Positions 61,154 to 64,000 of a DNA stretch of 64,000 nucleotides are shown piece by piece. The translations under genes were made by a program, and so were the position numbers. Source of the stretch: Scyliorhinus canicula (Eukaryota); the NCBI RefSeq assembly GCF_902713615.1, contig NW_024055760.1, forward strand, positions 896,533-960,532, given 5' to 3'. The notes beneath the pieces are model-generated. The model saw only the letters and a list, made by a program, of their open reading frames with translations, was not told the DNA's origin and did no database searches. Numbering within the stretch: the stretch's first letter is position 1; each line of letters opens with the position of its first letter.

Positions 61154-64000
61154 ATGTGCTGCGAGCCTGGACCGGTTGCCAACTCTCCCGGATTGACTGA
61201 CTGGAGTCTCCGGGATTTTATTTTAATTATTTGTGGGAGTCACTGGCTGGGCCAACATTTATTGTCCATCCCTAATTTCCCTTAAACCGAGTGGTTGGCT
61301 CGGCCATCTCGGAGGGCATTTAAAGAGCCAACCACATTGCTGTGGTTTGGAATCGTGTCGGCCAGACCAGGTAAGGATGGCAGATTTTCTTTTCTATTCA
61401 TTCCCGGGATGTGGGTGTCGCTGGCTGGGCCAGCATTCACTGACCAGCCCTAATTGCCCCTGAACTGAGTGCATCTCAGACCATTTTAAAGGTCAACAAG
61501 CTGACTGTGAATCTGTAGGCCAGACCAGGTAAGGACAGAAGATTTCCTTCACTGAAGGACAGGAGTGAACCAGGTGGGTCTTTGCAACAATTGACAATGG
61601 TTTCATGGGCATCAGTAAACTTTCAATGAATTCAAATTTTACCTTCTGCCTTGGTGAGATTCATACCTGGGTGATTGGAAAATCATTGGGACAGTAAAGA
61701 AGATTTTTGAACATTTCTTTTCAGCGGATATAAAAATATTGAAAATGGGATAAAGGTTGTTTGGCTGACAGTCAATCACTGTCCTGTAAGGTAATGAGTC
61801 CTCTTGCTTCCCAATTGGCCGAGGAAGGCAGTGTGTCACAAGGATGGATGTGTTGACCGATTAATGGCTGGAGGATGGGGGCAGGTCATGTGATCAAACC
61901 TCCAGGAATACATTTAATCAAAGTTGATGAGGAGAGAATGTTGTGAATTTCTATCCTAAACTGACAGTGAGGTTTCTGTAAATTTACAGGATACTGGAAG
62001 TGGAGGTTTAACAGACGGGAAACACAAACCAAACGTCACATCGCGAACTGACAGTCACTCGATTCATCAGAACCTGAATATCAGCAGCATCTGGGTGTGG
62101 AAGGTAAAAGGTTTGTCTGTTCTGTCTGTGAGGGAAGATTTCAGGTCTCAGTGTGACTGGAAAAGCCCCGAGATTCACAAACCCTGGTTAGACCAAACCT
62201 GGAGAACTGTGTTCAGTTCTGGGCAACAAACCTGAGGAAGGATAGAATGACCTCGGAGGGAGTGTAGCACAGATTTACCTGAGTGATATCTGAATCCTCC
62301 CGGAGTTAAATTACAAGGCGAGATTAGACAAAAATGTCAGAGTCACCTGGCAGCACGGTGGCGCAGTGAGTCCCACTACTGCCTCACAGCGCTGAGGTCC
62401 CAGGTTCGAACCCGGCTCTGGGTCACTGTCCATGTGGAGTTTGAACGTTCTTCCCGTCGGGAACATCGGTTTCGACCCCACAACCCAGTGGTGTGCAGAA
62501 TAGGTGGATTGACCACGCTAAATTGCCCATTAATTGGAAATAATGAATTGGGTACTCTAAAGTTATTTTTAAAAGTTTCAAAAAGTTTGCAAACTCCACA
62601 CAGACAGTGACCCGGGGCCGGGGTGGAACCCGGGTCCTCGGCGACATGAGGCAACAGTGCTAACCACTGCACCACCCACTTTTTATCGGTTTCTATGAGA
62701 TCCCCCCTCATTCTTCTGAACTCTAGCGAATGCAATCCTAACCGATTCAACCTCAGCTGCACATCTTTGAACTGTGGGAGGAAACTGAGCACCCGGAGGA
62801 AACCCACACAGACACAGGGAGAAAGTGCAAACTCCACACAGTCAGGGTGAGAATTGAACCCGGGTCCCTGGTGCTGTGAGGCAGCAGTGCTGAACACTAT
62901 GCCACCCCCTGTCTTGCAACCCTCAAGAAATGGGTAACCCATCACTTTGCAACAGTGACCCCCTTGTTCCAGATTCTCCCACAAGAGGAAACATCCTCTC
63001 CACATCCACCCTGTCAAGACCCCTCAGGATCTTATATTGTTCAATCCAGGTGTTACCCAAAACTTTCAATCTGTGTCCCGACTGCTTGTACAATCAGTGA
63101 ATGGAAACAGATTATCTTTGTCCACCCGAACAAATCCTGGCATAACCTTGTGTACCTGAATCAAATCTCCCCTCAACCTCCTTTGCTGGAACCATTTGGT
63201 AAATCTCCTCTGAACCTTCTCCAAGAACCTTCACATCCTTCCTGAAGAGTGGCGACCAGAGCTTTATAAAGATTCATAGAATAGAATTAGAACCATAGAA
63301 TTCCTACAGTGCAGAAGGGGGCCGTTTGGCCCATTGGGTCTGCACCAACTCTCTGAAAGGGCACCCTGCCTAGGCCCACACTGCTACCCTGTCCCTGTAA
63401 CCCCATAGTCCCACCTAACCTGCCCATCCCTGGACACTAACGGGCAATTTATCAAGACCAATCCACCTAACTTTCCCTTCTTTGGACTGTTGGAGGAAAC
63501 CTGGGCACCGGATGGAAACCCACGCAGACACGGGGAGAAAGTGCAAACACCACACAGACACTCACCAAGGCCGGATTGAACTCTAGTCCCTGGCGCTGTG
63601 AGGCAGCAGTGCTAATCACTGTGCCACCAGAAGCATAGTTTTGGTATCAATATTGCTGTTTATGAAGCTCAACATCGAAGTTGCTTTGCCAACTACTCTG
63701 CGATATGTCTTGTAAATATACAAAATCCCTCTTCACCTCTTTCGCTCTCCTCCCAAAGAGGCCAGTTGGGTTTTTGTGACAATCCAGCAGTTTTCATGGT
63801 CACTTTTTCCCAGAGCCGGCCCCACAAATATCCCGATTCATTCAGCTCCATTTCACAACCTGCCTTTGTGTTTTTGTGGGTTCTCTCTCACTCCCTATTT
63901 TCTGTTTTCAATCAGTTTCACAGGGTGTTCGAAGGGGAGGCTTCAAAGTTAGGAAACTCAAACCAAACATCACATCAGGATCTGACAGAGTCCTCAATTT

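Larger units (their letters stand above)
58735..64000 (+). repeat. Segmental duplicate of ~20890-26600; next ZNF coding exon starts at ~63922 and runs out of window
   Basis: Colinear unique anchors, e.g. 23075/61800, 25030/62695, 26080/63725, 26550-26598/63950-64000. Confidence 0.92.

Overview
Cartilaginous-fish genomic DNA (HE1-type V-SINEs and CR1/L2/Penelope content; catshark-like by inference). Bases 1-19.8 kb are the 3' part of one germline, cluster-type IgM heavy-chain gene on +: a D segment with 12/12 RSSs, one JH with a 23-RSS, a 10.8-kb J-C intron, C-mu1 to C-mu4, the secretory tailpiece, and TM1/TM2, each form with its own poly(A) signal. All identified exons are in frame. From ~20 kb to the end is a cluster of C2H2 zinc-finger genes with no KRAB or other effector domain seen: two intact 12-finger ORFs, two pseudogenes, several orphan exon stubs, five related CpG-rich promoter cassettes, and a segmental duplication (~20.9-26.6 kb vs ~58.7-64 kb) whose second ZNF exon begins at the window end. 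Most striking: an AGCT-dense 29-bp array plus a G-rich array just upstream of C-mu1 (switch-region-like position), a (G5AG4)-containing 52-bp array behind the secretory poly(A) site, Penelope fold-back insertions with minimal hammerhead ribozymes, a homogenised PRDM9-like finger array, and head/tail-shuffled SINEs. Repeat-family names come from motif recognition, not database searches; repeat boundaries are approximate.
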